NCBI GenBank assembly: GCA_965216325.1
Contig: OZ244160.1
Span: forward strand, 1,088,001 to 1,152,000
Direction of reading: 5' to 3'
Length of the DNA: 64,000 nucleotides
Source: Coraliomargarita sp.
Lineage (GTDB): Bacteria; Verrucomicrobiota; Verrucomicrobiia; Opitutales; Coraliomargaritaceae
Shown: positions 12,033 to 22,802 of the stretch, piece by piece
How the letters are laid out: every line of letters starts with the position of its first letter
Numbering within the stretch: the stretch's first letter is position 1
The notes under the pieces: model-generated
The model's input: the letters and a program-made list of their open reading frames with translations, nothing else
Told to the model about the DNA's origin: nothing
Database searches by the model: none
Position numbers and translations under genes: made by a program

Positions 12033-12767
12033 ATGGCACTACAGGTTTACTATCAAGATGAAGACTATGTGGTGATCGACAAGCCCTCGGGGCTACTCGT
12101 TCATCGGACAGCGCTCGATGCCTATGCAGATGAGTTCGCGGTGCAGCTACTGCGAGATCAACTGGGGCTTGAGGTCCACCCATGCCATCGTTTGGATCGC
12201 CCGACCTGCGGGGCTCTTCTTTTCGCTCTGAATAAAAAGGCTTTGGTTTACGCAAAAGAGCAATTTCTAGAGCGAACCGTAAAGAAAGTCTACCATGCTG
12301 CGGTTCGTGGCTGGCCCGAGGATCGCGGGTATATCGACTATGAACTTCGCTCCGAGGAGAACCCTGACAAAACGCACACATCGCAAACTGGGTATGATTG
12401 TATCAGTCGTAGCGAATTGCCCTACCCTGTCGGACGTTACTCAACAAGTCGTTTTGCACTGATGCGCTTAAAGCCTGAAACCGGCCGTAGGCATCAACTG
12501 CGCCGACATATGGCTCATATAAGGCACCCAATTCTGGGAGACACCACCCATGGAGATGGCGCGCAGAACCGGTTTATTCGCAAATACTTCAACTGCCACC
12601 GCTTACTTTTGCGCGCCACGAAATTGGGCTTTAAAAGTATGTCTGGCGCCGAGGTGATTGTCGACGTTGGTATGGGCGCAGGATTTGCCCCCATGCTCAG
12701 CTCGTTGAACCTAATGAATCCCGCTGAAAAAGAGCCCAGATACGGTCACGAAGATCATCAATTTTGA
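12033..12767 (+). CDS. truC: RluA-family pseudouridine synthase, TruC-like
   Basis: KPSGLLVHR, HRLDRPT catalytic Asp, TGRRHQLRRH, HPILGDTTHG; GRYSTSRF segment typical of TruC. Confidence 0.8.
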   Translation: MALQVYYQDEDYVVIDKPSGLLVHRTALDAYADEFAVQLLRDQLGLEVHPCHRLDRPTCGALLFALNKKALVYAKEQFLERTVKKVYHAAVRGWPEDRGYIDYELRSEENPDKTHTSQTGYDCISRSELPYPVGRYSTSRFALMRLKPETGRRHQLRRHMAHIRHPILGDTTHGDGAQNRFIRKYFNCHRLLLRATKLGFKSMSGAEVIVDVGMGAGFAPMLSSLNLMNPAEKEPRYGHEDHQF

Positions 12768-14610
12768 TCGGCTTGCTTAAATAAGCATCCATTCCAGCCT
12801 CCAAGCATCGCTCCTCGTCCCCTGAAAGTGCATTCGCAGTGAGCGCGATGATTTTTGTATACTGGTTTTGTTCACCAACCGCGCCTTCGCGAATCGCAAG
12901 GCATGCTTCGATGCCATCCATCACTGGCATTTGTAGGTCCATCAACACCAGATCATACGGCGAATGCGTCATCTGTTCCAGTAGTAGCTTTCCATTTTGA
13001 CAGAAATCTGCGGTCCAGCCCAATCTACGGAGCATTAATTCAAGTAGTCGCTGATTCGCTAAATTATCTTCTGCCACGATGATTCGCAAAGGAAGCTCAT
13101 CTGCTGCTTTAGCTGTGTTTTCGGACTTTCGAGCGTGACTGAGTGTCGTGCCCTCCTTCGAGCCATCAGAAGGCAGATCTGTGGTATCGGCAAATGGAGA
13201 CTTTGTATCGTGCTGCATGCGAATGGAACGAACCGTCAATTCAACAAAGAACGAAGACCCGCCACCGACGACGCTTTTGGCCCAAACGCGACCATTCATT
13301 GCTTCAGATAGGCGTTTGCAAATCGCTAAGCCCAAACCTGTGCCACCATACTTACGTGTAGTGGATGAATCCGCCTGCAAGAATGGCGAAAATAGCTTAT
13401 CGAGCTGATCAGGCTCAATCCCGATGCCGGTGTCGCTCACTTCAAATTCCAACTCACATGGACCTCCAACTGTAAACGAAGAGCGACGGCTCACACGTAT
13501 CGCAACCTCGCCCGCTTCGGTAAATTTGACGGCGTTACCAATCAAGTTGATCAAGATCTGACGTAATCGAGTTTGGTCCCCCTCAATAATGCGCGGGACT
13601 TCTTTCTCGATCGAGAGTGTTAGTTGGATCCCCTTCTTAGTTGCATCGGCAAAGAACATCGAGACCAGGTCTCGCAGCAGGCGCAGTAGGTTGAACTCAT
13701 GCTGTTCGATTTCCAGATTCCCGGATTCGATCTTGGAGAAGTCCAAAATGTCGTTGATCAAGGCCATCAGCGTTTCGCCACTCTTTTTTAAATTGTCGGC
13801 GTAGTCTCGCTGCTCTTCGTCGAGCTCTGTTTGCTCAAGCATGTCGACAAAGCCGATCACACCGTTGAGTGGCGTGCGGATTTCATGGCTCATGGTCGCG
13901 AGGAAGTCACTCTTCGCACTATTTGCAATTTCAGCATTTCGTGCAGCTGCTTTAGTTTGCTCAATGGCTTCGTTCAGGCGAAGATTAAGTGCTTCAAGCT
14001 CTTCGCGAGCCATTTCAGCATCCTCCATCATACTTAATGCGACCTTACGCCCTTCTCTCAGTTCGCTCGCACGTTCCACTAGATCAGCATTTGCGCTGAC
14101 CAGCTCTTTTTCTGCACGTTTCCAGCGCTGTTCGGTCTCATTGCGTTCACTAAGCGTTAAATGCATCGTCTTGATAACCGAATCGAACTCTTTGAAATCG
14201 AACGATCTCGGCATCAATGAAGACCCTCCTTGCCTGCTCTCGGTGAAGTGATCTTCAAGCAGTTGCAGATTCCCCTCCACCATATGAGATAAGTGGCGAG
14301 CGACTAATATCGGCACGGCAACGCCGAGGCTAAGAATCGCCAAGGATAAGGTCATATCCTGAATGAATTGACGGTTCAGTTCTGCCAACCTCTCGTGACG
14401 AATCACTTCAAGCTCATCTATATGCTTCCCCGGGGATTCAGCCCCGCTCAAAATCATTTGATTAATTTGAGTCATACGAGACTCACGCTTCTCAATGTAA
14501 TCAGTGACCTTGGTGGAAGTTAGCCACCCAATAACGAGGAAAAGCACTAGCGCAATCGGCGCACCTGCATACAGCATGAAGGCTCGAGATATCGATTTTA
14601 CCTCACTCAT
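12697..14610 (-). CDS. Hybrid sensor histidine kinase (HisKA, HATPase, receiver)
   Basis: [10 protein letters not shown]-box, [18 protein letters not shown]-terminal receiver LMDLQMP...SKP; two TM helices. Confidence 0.93.
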   Translation of the reverse strand: MSEVKSISRAFMLYAGAPIALVLFLVIGWLTSTKVTDYIEKRESRMTQINQMILSGAESPGKHIDELEVIRHERLAELNRQFIQDMTLSLAILSLGVAVPILVARHLSHMVEGNLQLLEDHFTESRQGGSSLMPRSFDFKEFDSVIKTMHLTLSERNETEQRWKRAEKELVSANADLVERASELREGRKVALSMMEDAEMAREELEALNLRLNEAIEQTKAAARNAEIANSAKSDFLATMSHEIRTPLNGVIGFVDMLEQTELDEEQRDYADNLKKSGETLMALINDILDFSKIESGNLEIEQHEFNLLRLLRDLVSMFFADATKKGIQLTLSIEKEVPRIIEGDQTRLRQILINLIGNAVKFTEAGEVAIRVSRRSSFTVGGPCELEFEVSDTGIGIEPDQLDKLFSPFLQADSSTTRKYGGTGLGLAICKRLSEAMNGRVWAKSVVGGGSSFFVELTVRSIRMQHDTKSPFADTTDLPSDGSKEGTTLSHARKSENTAKAADELPLRIIVAEDNLANQRLLELMLRRLGWTADFCQNGKLLLEQMTHSPYDLVLMDLQMPVMDGIEACLAIREGAVGEQNQYTKIIALTANALSGDEERCLEAGMDAYLSKPIKIDDLRDRIWALFQRDSLGSTS

Positions 14611-15421
14611 GTGTCTTCTTCTCCTGCTGTATTTCTGTGAGCATGTCGGCGATACGCCCTGTTTCAGCTGCAGCAGTGACTGCGTAGCGAGGAGCTTGGC
14701 CTTTCATCGCCAGCAAGCCGTTCACCTCGTTCTTCAAGTCAATGATACGTTTTTCCCGGCGGAGCATTCCCTTGCGGAAGCGATCCAGGTCTTCCATCAT
14801 TTGTTGGAGTTCCGCATATCGCTTAAAATTATCCGGCGAGCAGACTAAGCATAATTCAACAACATATCGGTCCTTAAAAAAGCGTCCCGTAGTGTTTAAG
14901 TCTAAAACATCCCCTCCCACTCGCCGACAACTCAAGCTCGTGGCCTGTTTCAAGTTGTTGCGTTTAATCCGTTCAGTAAGGCGTTCCAATTTGGATGCAT
15001 CTATACCAAGCAGCAGGTCCAACTGTTTTCCCTGTAGTTGGCGACTCGGGTCGAACCCCATTAATTGGTAAAAGCCACTACTAATCCTACCGACCATTAG
15101 GCTACTTGCGTCGTATTCGATCAAACTGATAGTCGATCTCTCGTACAAATAGTCCAGTTCACTTTCAAGGTGGGTAACGTGTTCATTACGGTCACGCTCA
15201 GCTTTCTCCAGACTCTTGAGCAGGCTGCGTTCGCGCCAAACAAACCCAGTGACCGCCAAACCGCTAAGTCCCGAAAAAATTAGAGTTGGAATCGGGGCAA
15301 CTCCAAAGCGTGAAATAACCAAACTAATTGTGGCAAAAGCAAATACCCCGGAAGCAATGGAAATAAACAGGCTAAGGCTATTGCCTGTGTGCTTCGCTGG
15401 ATTGCTTTTTGGGGGAGGCAT
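14603..15421 (-). CDS. Membrane protein with PAS-like domain and C-terminal coiled coil
   Basis: Two TM helices, PAS-like GFYQLMGF...LQGK segment, C-terminal REKRIIDLKNEVN; overlaps the kinase start. Confidence 0.7.
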   Translation of the reverse strand: MPPPKSNPAKHTGNSLSLFISIASGVFAFATISLVISRFGVAPIPTLIFSGLSGLAVTGFVWRERSLLKSLEKAERDRNEHVTHLESELDYLYERSTISLIEYDASSLMVGRISSGFYQLMGFDPSRQLQGKQLDLLLGIDASKLERLTERIKRNNLKQATSLSCRRVGGDVLDLNTTGRFFKDRYVVELCLVCSPDNFKRYAELQQMMEDLDRFRKGMLRREKRIIDLKNEVNGLLAMKGQAPRYAVTAAAETGRIADMLTEIQQEKKTHE

Positions 15422-15472
15422 CTTAGTTGGTTAAAACTAAGCGAACTTAGTTCAGGTCTTCTACTGCACTGC

Positions 15473-15838
15473 TTATAAATCGACTTCTGTAGCGTCTTTC
15501 CAGAGCTGTTCCAGTCGATAGAGATCACGCATGGCTTCAGTTTGAATGTGCACCATAAAGTCGAAACCATCAACAACAACCCAACCGCTGCCGACTTCCC
15601 GGTCTTCGCCGATCAATTGGACGCCATTTTCCTTCAGCGCCTTATCCAGCGCAGCTTTCATCGCTTTGATATGTGGATCGGAGGTGCCAGTCGCCAAGAC
15701 CAAGTAATCGGTTATTGAGGACTGCGCGCGCACATCGAGTACGCGAATATTTTCGGCTTTCTTATCCTCAAGTGCGGCAATTGCACAGCGGACATCGTCA
15801 AGAGTGGTACGGTTAGATTTCGGATCTTTGGAAGACAT
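15473..15838 (-). CDS. rsfS: Ribosome silencing factor
   Basis: DKKAENI, TDYLVLATG, WVVVD, YRLEQLW; adjacent to nadD. Confidence 0.93.
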   Translation of the reverse strand: MSSKDPKSNRTTLDDVRCAIAALEDKKAENIRVLDVRAQSSITDYLVLATGTSDPHIKAMKAALDKALKENGVQLIGEDREVGSGWVVVDGFDFMVHIQTEAMRDLYRLEQLWKDATEVDL

Positions 15839-15853
15839 AGATGTAAAAACGGT

Positions 15854-16456
15854 TTATTTATAGAGCTCGTGCTTCGAAATGAAAGCCTCAACTGCGGGCG
15901 GAACCATGCCCCTGATGGGCTTGCATGCCTTTCGGCGTTCTCGCAGTGCACTGGAGCTTTCCGGCATCAGGGGCGCAATCAATTGCCGATAGTCCAGATT
16001 TGAAATTCCTGGGGCGCTCAGAGAATAGCCAGGCCGCGCAAACACCAAAAAGGTAACCAGTTCAGCAAGTCGATCTGAGTTGCGCCACTGCCCAAGTAAC
16101 TCGAACTGATCGGCACCCAGAATCCAGTAAAAGTCCGCCTCTGGAGATTGCTGGCAAAAATATTCGACGGTTTGGTAGCTGTAGCTCACACCTCCACGGA
16201 CAAGTTCATGATCAGAGATGTCGAACTGTGGCTCATTGGCAGTTGCGAGCGCCAACATTTCCAAGCGTTGAGCGTCGCTGGCAAAGGCACCATGCTGTTT
16301 GAGTGGCGATTGTGCCGCCGGAATGAAGCGCACTTGATTCAGTTTTGCCTGATCCAGGGCAGCTCGCGCAAGTGCTAGGTGTGCATTATGCACTGGATCG
16401 AAGGCTCCACCGTAAAGAGCGATTTGTTGGCGGCTTTGCCCCGAGTTCACTTGCAT
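15854..16456 (-). CDS. nadD: Nicotinate-nucleotide adenylyltransferase
   Basis: GGAFDPVHNAH, ILGADQ, SSSALR. Confidence 0.92.
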   Translation of the reverse strand: MQVNSGQSRQQIALYGGAFDPVHNAHLALARAALDQAKLNQVRFIPAAQSPLKQHGAFASDAQRLEMLALATANEPQFDISDHELVRGGVSYSYQTVEYFCQQSPEADFYWILGADQFELLGQWRNSDRLAELVTFLVFARPGYSLSAPGISNLDYRQLIAPLMPESSSALRERRKACKPIRGMVPPAVEAFISKHELYK

Positions 16457-16527
16457 ATCTTTTGATCTATGTTTTCTGCTTGTCCCATTACCGACTTAAC
16501 TGCCTAAGCAAAACACCCTCGTCCAAC

Positions 16528-17196
16528 ATGCAAACTGAATCCGAAGAAGCTACCCATTGTTCTTTGGCCGAAACGCTTGAACACACCCTGAGTTCACATA
16601 ACGAAGAGGGTCCCTCGATTGGTGAGCTAACCGAAGCAGTTGGTGACAAGGGCTTTGGTCTTTTATTAATCATACTCTCGCTACCAAGCGCCCTGCCGGT
16701 CCCAGCGCCGGGCTACAGCACCCCCTTTGGTATCGCGATTGCACTGATTGCCCTCCAAATGCTCATCGGTCGCCACACTGTTTGGCTACCGGGCCGCATT
16801 ACGCGCATACGAATTGCCCCAAAAATAGCGGGTAAGATGATCGGTGCAGCGAGTAAATTTCTACGTGCGATCGAGCATCTGATCAAGCCACGCCAGCGAT
16901 GGATTCGTTCCCGTGGAGGGCAATCCGGTCTTGCGATCGTCATTTTAATCATGTCGTGCCTGATGATGTTGCCAATCCCCTTGACCAACACATTCCCTGC
17001 AATGGTTATTTTCATGATCGGGGTCGGCCTGTCCGAAGAAGACGGCCTACTTGCCATTGCAGCCTTTGGTGTCGGGCTTGGCGCCGTGGCACTGTATGGA
17101 TACATTATCTATCTGGTCCTAACGCAGGGGCCCGAAGCAGTGGAAGAGATCAAAGACTGGATCAAAGCGGCACTGTTCGGAGCCGAGACGGAGTAG
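16528..17196 (+). CDS. exoD: ExoD-family exopolysaccharide synthesis membrane protein
   Basis: GDKGFGLLL, LPVPAPG, WLP, LPIPLTNTFP and EEDG motifs; ATG at 16528 avoids overlap with nadD. Confidence 0.85.
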   Translation: MQTESEEATHCSLAETLEHTLSSHNEEGPSIGELTEAVGDKGFGLLLIILSLPSALPVPAPGYSTPFGIAIALIALQMLIGRHTVWLPGRITRIRIAPKIAGKMIGAASKFLRAIEHLIKPRQRWIRSRGGQSGLAIVILIMSCLMMLPIPLTNTFPAMVIFMIGVGLSEEDGLLAIAAFGVGLGAVALYGYIIYLVLTQGPEAVEEIKDWIKAALFGAETE

Positions 17197-17252
17197 CTGT
17201 ACTCGCTAAAAGAAGTTGCAGAGCTGCATATCTCTCAGCAAGTTAGCTTTCA

Positions 17253-18521
17253 ATGGATGTGTTGAGTGCATGGCGTAGCCTACTAATCCCCGATAACGGA
17301 TTTCAGTTTCACGACCTATGGCAGGTGCTTTGCGTTTTACTGACACTCGTGGCCATTCGACGCTTGGTGCCGCCAATTGAAATCAGGGACCGAACCAGGC
17401 AGTATTGCACTGGCCTTTGGTTTAAAGAGCAGCGGACCTTCCTGCTGTTCTGGATTTTAACAACGGTCTACTTTCTGTTGGGTGTTTTTGTCTTTGGGCA
17501 AGAGGTGTCGATTTTTCGCCTCTTTGCCTTTCTCGGAGGAGCGTGGGCACTTATCGGGCTGGCAAGTAGCATGATCCCTGATCGCTTTTGGGCGAAATCC
17601 ATTGCAGCAGTCTGTTATGTTGGCGCCAGTTATTGTGTCCTAGCTCAAGCCGGTGAAGGCGTCATACTGTTGGATCAATTCTCGTTCACAATGGGCAAGA
17701 TTCGGCTCTCGGCATGGACGATTTTAGCCGGTCTCGTTACCATCGCATTTACGCTGTGGATCGGTTTGGCCATTTCTCGTCTGATCGAGAATCAGTTACA
17801 CAAGGCGCGCCGCATTACGCCGTCGATCAAAGTGTTAATTGCCAAGGTAGTGCGCATTTTAATCGTAATTGCCGCCTGTATGATTGCACTCGATTCCATG
17901 GGGATCGACCTGTCGGCACTGACAGTGCTCGGCGGTGCTGTGGGTCTCGGTCTTGGTTTTGGCCTGCAGAAAGTCGTTTCCAACTTTATTAGCGGCATCA
18001 TTCTGCTGACGGACAATTCGATTAAGCCTGGTGATGTCATCGAAATTGATGGCACTTACGGTTGGATCAACAATCTGCGTGCTCGCTATGCATCAATCAT
18101 CACACGCGATGGCACCGAACATTTGATTCCAAACGAGGATTTAATCACACAGCGTGTCGTCAACTGGTCATTTACCGACGATCTGGTGCGGCTAAAGATC
18201 CCCATTGGGGTTTCCTACAACGAAGACCCACACCAGTGCATTCGCCTGGCCATTGAAGCAGCAGAGTCGGTTGACCGCATCTTGAAAGACCCCGGACCGG
18301 TTTGCTTAATGAAAGGTTTCGGTGATAGCTCGGTCGACCTTGAACTGCGCATTTGGATTTCAGACCCAGCCAAGGGTGTCTCCAACGTGCGCAGTTTGGT
18401 GCTTTTGAAAGTTTGGGATGCGTTTAAAGAGAACGACATCGAGATCCCCTTCCCTCAACGGGATTTGCACATTCGCTCGGGCAGCTTGGTCACCGAGCAG
18501 ACGAACTCGGCTTCGAGTTAG
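17253..18521 (+). CDS. Small-conductance mechanosensitive channel family protein
   Basis: GLGLGFGLQKVVSNFISG, IKPGD, IPNE, IPFPQRDLHI. Confidence 0.92.
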   Translation: MDVLSAWRSLLIPDNGFQFHDLWQVLCVLLTLVAIRRLVPPIEIRDRTRQYCTGLWFKEQRTFLLFWILTTVYFLLGVFVFGQEVSIFRLFAFLGGAWALIGLASSMIPDRFWAKSIAAVCYVGASYCVLAQAGEGVILLDQFSFTMGKIRLSAWTILAGLVTIAFTLWIGLAISRLIENQLHKARRITPSIKVLIAKVVRILIVIAACMIALDSMGIDLSALTVLGGAVGLGLGFGLQKVVSNFISGIILLTDNSIKPGDVIEIDGTYGWINNLRARYASIITRDGTEHLIPNEDLITQRVVNWSFTDDLVRLKIPIGVSYNEDPHQCIRLAIEAAESVDRILKDPGPVCLMKGFGDSSVDLELRIWISDPAKGVSNVRSLVLLKVWDAFKENDIEIPFPQRDLHIRSGSLVTEQTNSASS

Positions 18522-18534
18522 TTACGGATTCGAT

Positions 18535-18791
18535 GGTGGCGCGTGCGCGTCACGCGCCGTATTCATTTGAGACCGTTTAGGCTTACAAGGCTGTGATGCG
18601 CACCGAGGACGGTGCTGCGCTACCGTTCACTCGGTTCGGGTAGATACCCCGCGACGCTTGCAGGGTGTATCCTGTTGGTAGGGTCGCCTCGCCGAGGCGA
18701 CCGTTCGGCAATGGGGTGTATCTTGTGTAGGTGAAATTTTGGTTGTTTGCAGGGGCTCGGCAAACGGCGGTCTCAGCGAGACAGCTCTACC
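18535..18791. repeat. Cluster of GGTAG/GTAG-headed REP-like palindromes between convergent genes
   Basis: ggtggcgcgtg..cacgcgcc (18535-18560, +); gcaccgaggacggtgc..ctacc (to 18624, -); ggtagatacc..tgtatc (18639-18671); ggtagggtcgcctcgccgaggcgaccg (18677-18703, +); cggcggtctcagcgagacagctctacc (18765-18791, -). Confidence 0.75.
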
Positions 18792-18827
18792 TTTTTGTTG
18801 ATACTCTGCCCCTTGCGGCGTGGAACT

Positions 18828-19274
18828 TCATTCGGAAGCCACTTTCGCCTGCCCTGAAAGTGCTGCCTCAAAGGTGTGCCACGGCAACGTTGCACACTTA
18901 ATCCGTGCGGGGAATTTACGGACCCCCGCGAGTGCAGCAACAGCTCCATCGGCATCCAAGTCGGTCTGCACTTCCTGAGTAAGCACCTCGGTCACACGTG
19001 AGTCCAACTGCTTGGCTTCTGCGAGCGTCTTGCCGATCAAGACCTCCGTCATCATGGATGCCGATGCTTTGCAGATCGCACAGGCTGCTGCTTCAAACTG
19101 AATCGCTTCGATCGTATCACCATTCAGCTGCAAAAAGACGTTCAGCTTGTCGCCACAGAGCGGATTGTAGCCCTCCGCAGTATGCGTGTAGCTCGCAAGC
19201 ACACCATAGTGCCTCGGCCGCTTGTTGTGGTCGAGGATGATATCCTGATACAGGTCGTGCAGATCGTCACTCAT
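18828..19274 (-). CDS. sufU: SUF-system SufU (NifU-like) protein
   Basis: [34 protein letters not shown]. Confidence 0.93.
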   Translation of the reverse strand: MSDDLHDLYQDIILDHNKRPRHYGVLASYTHTAEGYNPLCGDKLNVFLQLNGDTIEAIQFEAAACAICKASASMMTEVLIGKTLAEAKQLDSRVTEVLTQEVQTDLDADGAVAALAGVRKFPARIKCATLPWHTFEAALSGQAKVASE

Positions 19275-19279
19275 GCAAG

Positions 19280-20512
19280 TTATCCGAAGAAACGCTGAAG
19301 CTTGGTGACCGCATTGACCAAACGCTCGACGTCATCGAAGTTGTTGTAAAACGCAAACGAGGCCCTCGCGGTGGCAGGCACGCCAAAACGCTTCAGTAGT
19401 GGTTGGGTGCAGTGGTGACCAGCACGGATTGCGACTCCATCGGCGTCCAGAAAGGTGCCGATATCATGCGGGTGAATCTCGTCGATTAAGAATGAAATAA
19501 CCGAGGCCTTGTTTGGAGAGGTTCCATAGATGCACAGACCATCAATTGCACTGAGTTGCTCGGTTGCAGCAGTGAGCAGAGCTTGCTCATGCGCAAGCGC
19601 CCCGACTCGATCAATGCCACCGAGATAGTCGATAGCGGCCGAAAGCCCGATCACACCCGCAATGTGTGGCGTGCCGGCTTCAAACTTACCAGGGATGCCC
19701 TTGTAGGTGGTTCCGTCGAAGTCGACCTTTTCGATCATATCACCGCCGCTTTGGTATGGTGGGAGGCGTTCAAGCCATTCGCGCTTCCCCCAAAGAACTC
19801 CGATGCCGGTGGGGCCAAACACCTTGTGACCTGAAAACACGAAAAACTCGCAGTCGATATCCGCGACATCCACCGCTGTGTGTGGCGTGCTTTGTGCACC
19901 ATCGACCAAGACTGGAACGCCCAGCGCATGGGTCTTGCGGACGATCTCTTTGACCGGATTGATGGTGCCGAGTGCATTGGAGCAATGCACGACCGAGACT
20001 AACTTGGTCTTCTCGCACAGCAGCTGATCAAAGGCTTCCATATCGAGGACTCCATCGTCGTCGACCGGAACGACCTTGAGGACTGCTCCAGTCTTCTCAC
20101 AGGCGATCTGCCAGGGCACTATGTTCGCATGGTGCTCCATGTGCGTGATCAAGATCTCATCACCAGCCTTCAAGATCGATTGGGTGAAACCGTGAGCGAC
20201 AAGATTAATGCCCTCAGTCGTGCCACGGGTGAAAATGATCTCATCTTCATCGTCGATATTGATGAACTTCGCAACTTTGCCGCGTGTTGCTTCGTAGGCA
20301 TCCGTTGCTTGCTCACTGAGATAGTGGACCCCTCGATGAATATTCGAATTCTCCAGCGCGTAGTAGCGTTCCAAGGCATCAATTACCTGCTTTGGCTTCT
20401 GTGCAGTCGCAGCATTGTCCAAATAGGTCAAGGGCTTGCCGCGCACTTCGCTGGCAAGTATCGGGAAATCGGCTCGGATGGCATCCAAGTTGAATGGCTT
20501 TATCTCAGTCAC
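19280..20512 (-). CDS. sufS: Group II cysteine desulfurase
   Basis: YLDNAAT, EHHAN, SGHK PLP lysine, RAGHHC. Confidence 0.95.
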   Translation of the reverse strand: MTEIKPFNLDAIRADFPILASEVRGKPLTYLDNAATAQKPKQVIDALERYYALENSNIHRGVHYLSEQATDAYEATRGKVAKFINIDDEDEIIFTRGTTEGINLVAHGFTQSILKAGDEILITHMEHHANIVPWQIACEKTGAVLKVVPVDDDGVLDMEAFDQLLCEKTKLVSVVHCSNALGTINPVKEIVRKTHALGVPVLVDGAQSTPHTAVDVADIDCEFFVFSGHKVFGPTGIGVLWGKREWLERLPPYQSGGDMIEKVDFDGTTYKGIPGKFEAGTPHIAGVIGLSAAIDYLGGIDRVGALAHEQALLTAATEQLSAIDGLCIYGTSPNKASVISFLIDEIHPHDIGTFLDADGVAIRAGHHCTQPLLKRFGVPATARASFAFYNNFDDVERLVNAVTKLQRFFG

Positions 20513-20626
20513 AGCGCTTAGGTTTCGAAGATGACACAGAATCTCAATTGAATTCGGTGGAATTATTTTGGCGCTCCCATTCGGAAAAATCTGGAGATAC
20601 CTCAGTTAGATCGCTTGATTGAGTGC

Positions 20627-21307
20627 ATGCATTACAAACAGGACGGTAAGATACTCACCTACGCCATCGTGCTCACCGCCCTCATTACTGCATCGATTCT
20701 CGGGCTTTCGATGTATTTTTCCAGCTCGACGGTCCACGACTTGTTGACAGAAAACCATGCGCTGAACAAAGCGATTCGGAATCTAACCGATGAACAGCAG
20801 ATCGGCTATGCGACACTGCAATCCAGAACTCGCAACGAATTTGGAGAGCCGGAGAGTGTGGTGCGTTTTGTGCAGACGGCCCCGGGCGATCCGCGTGAGA
20901 TCGTTTCGGAGCAGCTTTTCATGGTTGAAGGAGACATCGTCCATTTCGACGCCTTAATCGTCAAATTCAGCGACCGCTACGTCAAAGAAGGCAAAGGGCG
21001 CGCACTTTACCTGTGGCGGCGCGTCTACAGTGAACACACCCCACCCTCCAGTGGTGAAGCGATCGAGCTCCCAGGCAGCGCTCCAGAGCGTTACTACGAG
21101 ATTACGAAGACCTTGAAAATCAAGGATCGAGACATTTTCTGGGAGGCGATCTGGGACCTCGCCAATGACCCGCAGCAACTCAGCCAGTATGGGATTACCG
21201 CAGTCTACGGTGAGGCGATCTATTTCAAATTGGCTGCGGACAAGCTCTATCGCTTTAAAGTAAGCCCCCAGGGACAGCTTTACGCCGAGGTCGTCGACGC
21301 TCGTTGA
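20627..21307 (+). CDS. Hypothetical protein with N-terminal TM anchor
   Basis: About 226-aa ORF filling the gap between sufS and the IS; no motif recognised. Confidence 0.65.
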   Translation: MHYKQDGKILTYAIVLTALITASILGLSMYFSSSTVHDLLTENHALNKAIRNLTDEQQIGYATLQSRTRNEFGEPESVVRFVQTAPGDPREIVSEQLFMVEGDIVHFDALIVKFSDRYVKEGKGRALYLWRRVYSEHTPPSSGEAIELPGSAPERYYEITKTLKIKDRDIFWEAIWDLANDPQQLSQYGITAVYGEAIYFKLAADKLYRFKVSPQGQLYAEVVDAR

Positions 21308-21379
21308 AAGACGCCCCTTCTTCTTCGTAGATGACATGGGCGTTTATCAGGAGCACGGAAGTGCTATGATGATAAACTT

Positions 21380-22468
21380 ATGCAAAACCCCACATCATCT
21401 ACACGGACAACTAAGAACGCACTGGGCACAGTAATCAAGCTTGGCATTGACGTGCATGCGAGCACCTACGTGGTGGTCATGAAGATCGATAGCAGCGCCC
21501 CTTCACGCGCGAAGCGCATGAAGCCTGATATCTTCCTTCGATGGATTAAGCAGCTGAGCACTCAGTGCGAGCAGTTGCAAAGTTGCTACGAGGCCGGTCC
21601 TTTTGGTTACAGCCTGCACCGCAAGCTCAAGGCGATGGGCGTGAACAACCACGTAATCCGCCCGATCAACTGGGACACTCATGGTAAGAAGGTAAAGACC
21701 GACGCGCGTGATGCGTTGCAAATGGTCTTGAGTCTGGACGGCTATCTGCGGGGCAATGACCGCAGCTTCAGTGTCGTGCGTGTGCCCAGCGAGCAAGAAG
21801 AGCGTCACCGCAGCCTAACCCGGCAGCGTGAAAGCTTCGTCAAAGAACGTGGCCGTGCGGCCAAGCGTGGTAAGAGTCTGGGACTGTATTACGATCAACC
21901 CTTACCCAGCGGCTGGTGGAAGCCGCGCAAATGGATGCAGCTACTCGAACAGCTCGACGATTTTTTGATCAGCCTGCTGGAGCCACTGCGGTTAAACTGC
22001 CTGCACTTTAGCGAGCTAATCAGCAACATCGAAGAACGTATCGAAGCGCTCGAGCCGGAACGGGTGCTGCCTAAAGGCATGGGGGTGGTCCTCTATGAAC
22101 AGATCGAACGTGAGGTCTGCAACTGGAAGCGATTCAACAACCGCAAGGCGGTCAGTTCCTTTACCGGACTGTGCCCAAGCGAAGACACTAGTGCAAATCG
22201 GCGTTTCCAGGGCTCGATCAACAAACACGGCAGTCCCCGCCTGCGGCATATGCTACAAGAGTGCGCCTGGTTATTGATCCGGTGGAATCCCGGCTACAGT
22301 GGGGTGCGTAAATGGCAGGCCAAGCTCAGCGACGAGACCACCAGTAAGGCGACCCGCAAGAAAATTGCCGTGGCCATCGCCCGGCAGTTCGCCGTGGACT
22401 GGTGGCGCATACGCACTGGCCAATGCAGTCTCGAAGACTTCGGACTGATAAGCAGACAAAACCCATAA
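21380..22468 (+). CDS. IS110-family DEDD transposase/recombinase
   Basis: GIDVH, CYEAG, KTDARD; C-terminal domain GLCPSEDTS...GSINKHGSPRLR...KIAVAIAR. Confidence 0.95.
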   Translation: MQNPTSSTRTTKNALGTVIKLGIDVHASTYVVVMKIDSSAPSRAKRMKPDIFLRWIKQLSTQCEQLQSCYEAGPFGYSLHRKLKAMGVNNHVIRPINWDTHGKKVKTDARDALQMVLSLDGYLRGNDRSFSVVRVPSEQEERHRSLTRQRESFVKERGRAAKRGKSLGLYYDQPLPSGWWKPRKWMQLLEQLDDFLISLLEPLRLNCLHFSELISNIEERIEALEPERVLPKGMGVVLYEQIEREVCNWKRFNNRKAVSSFTGLCPSEDTSANRRFQGSINKHGSPRLRHMLQECAWLLIRWNPGYSGVRKWQAKLSDETTSKATRKKIAVAIARQFAVDWWRIRTGQCSLEDFGLISRQNP

Positions 22469-22530
22469 GTCCGAACCAACGCTAAAGGCCTTCACCCTCT
22501 GATTTTAACGTTCTTTTGCAGTTTTCCTTT

Positions 22531-22690
22531 GTGCGGAGTGAGTCTGACCAAGCCCCTGTTGCCAACACAACGATTTTGTAGAATAGGCCACTTCGCCACC
22601 AAGCTTTTGAATGACCCAATGGATAGGTCATAGTGTGCTCTTCTGAGAAACACTCAGAAACACGGATAGCAGGTTATCCCGGATCATCGA
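22531..22690 (+). ncRNA. Candidate IS110 bridge/seek RNA (boundaries approximate)
   Basis: Two stem-loops with internal loops; aagcccctg (22550-58) is the reverse complement of the right flank; catagtg (22629-35) and atagca (22666-71) match the predicted circle junction. Confidence 0.6.
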
Positions 22691-22802
22691 AACTCCGAGG
22701 CCATGCGCGGTGGACGCTCAAAGACGATTGCAATCAAAACAAACCACTTATCTTATGTAAAAACACTCACACGCTTCTACACTCTTGACAGAAACGAACA
22801 TA

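Noticed and set aside
16345..16527. N-terminal extension of the ExoD ORF
   Set aside because: Overlaps the divergent nadD gene; ATG at 16528 fits the family length better
18828..20512. sufS-sufU without sufBCD
   Set aside because: Split suf loci are common; the other genes may be elsewhere in the genome
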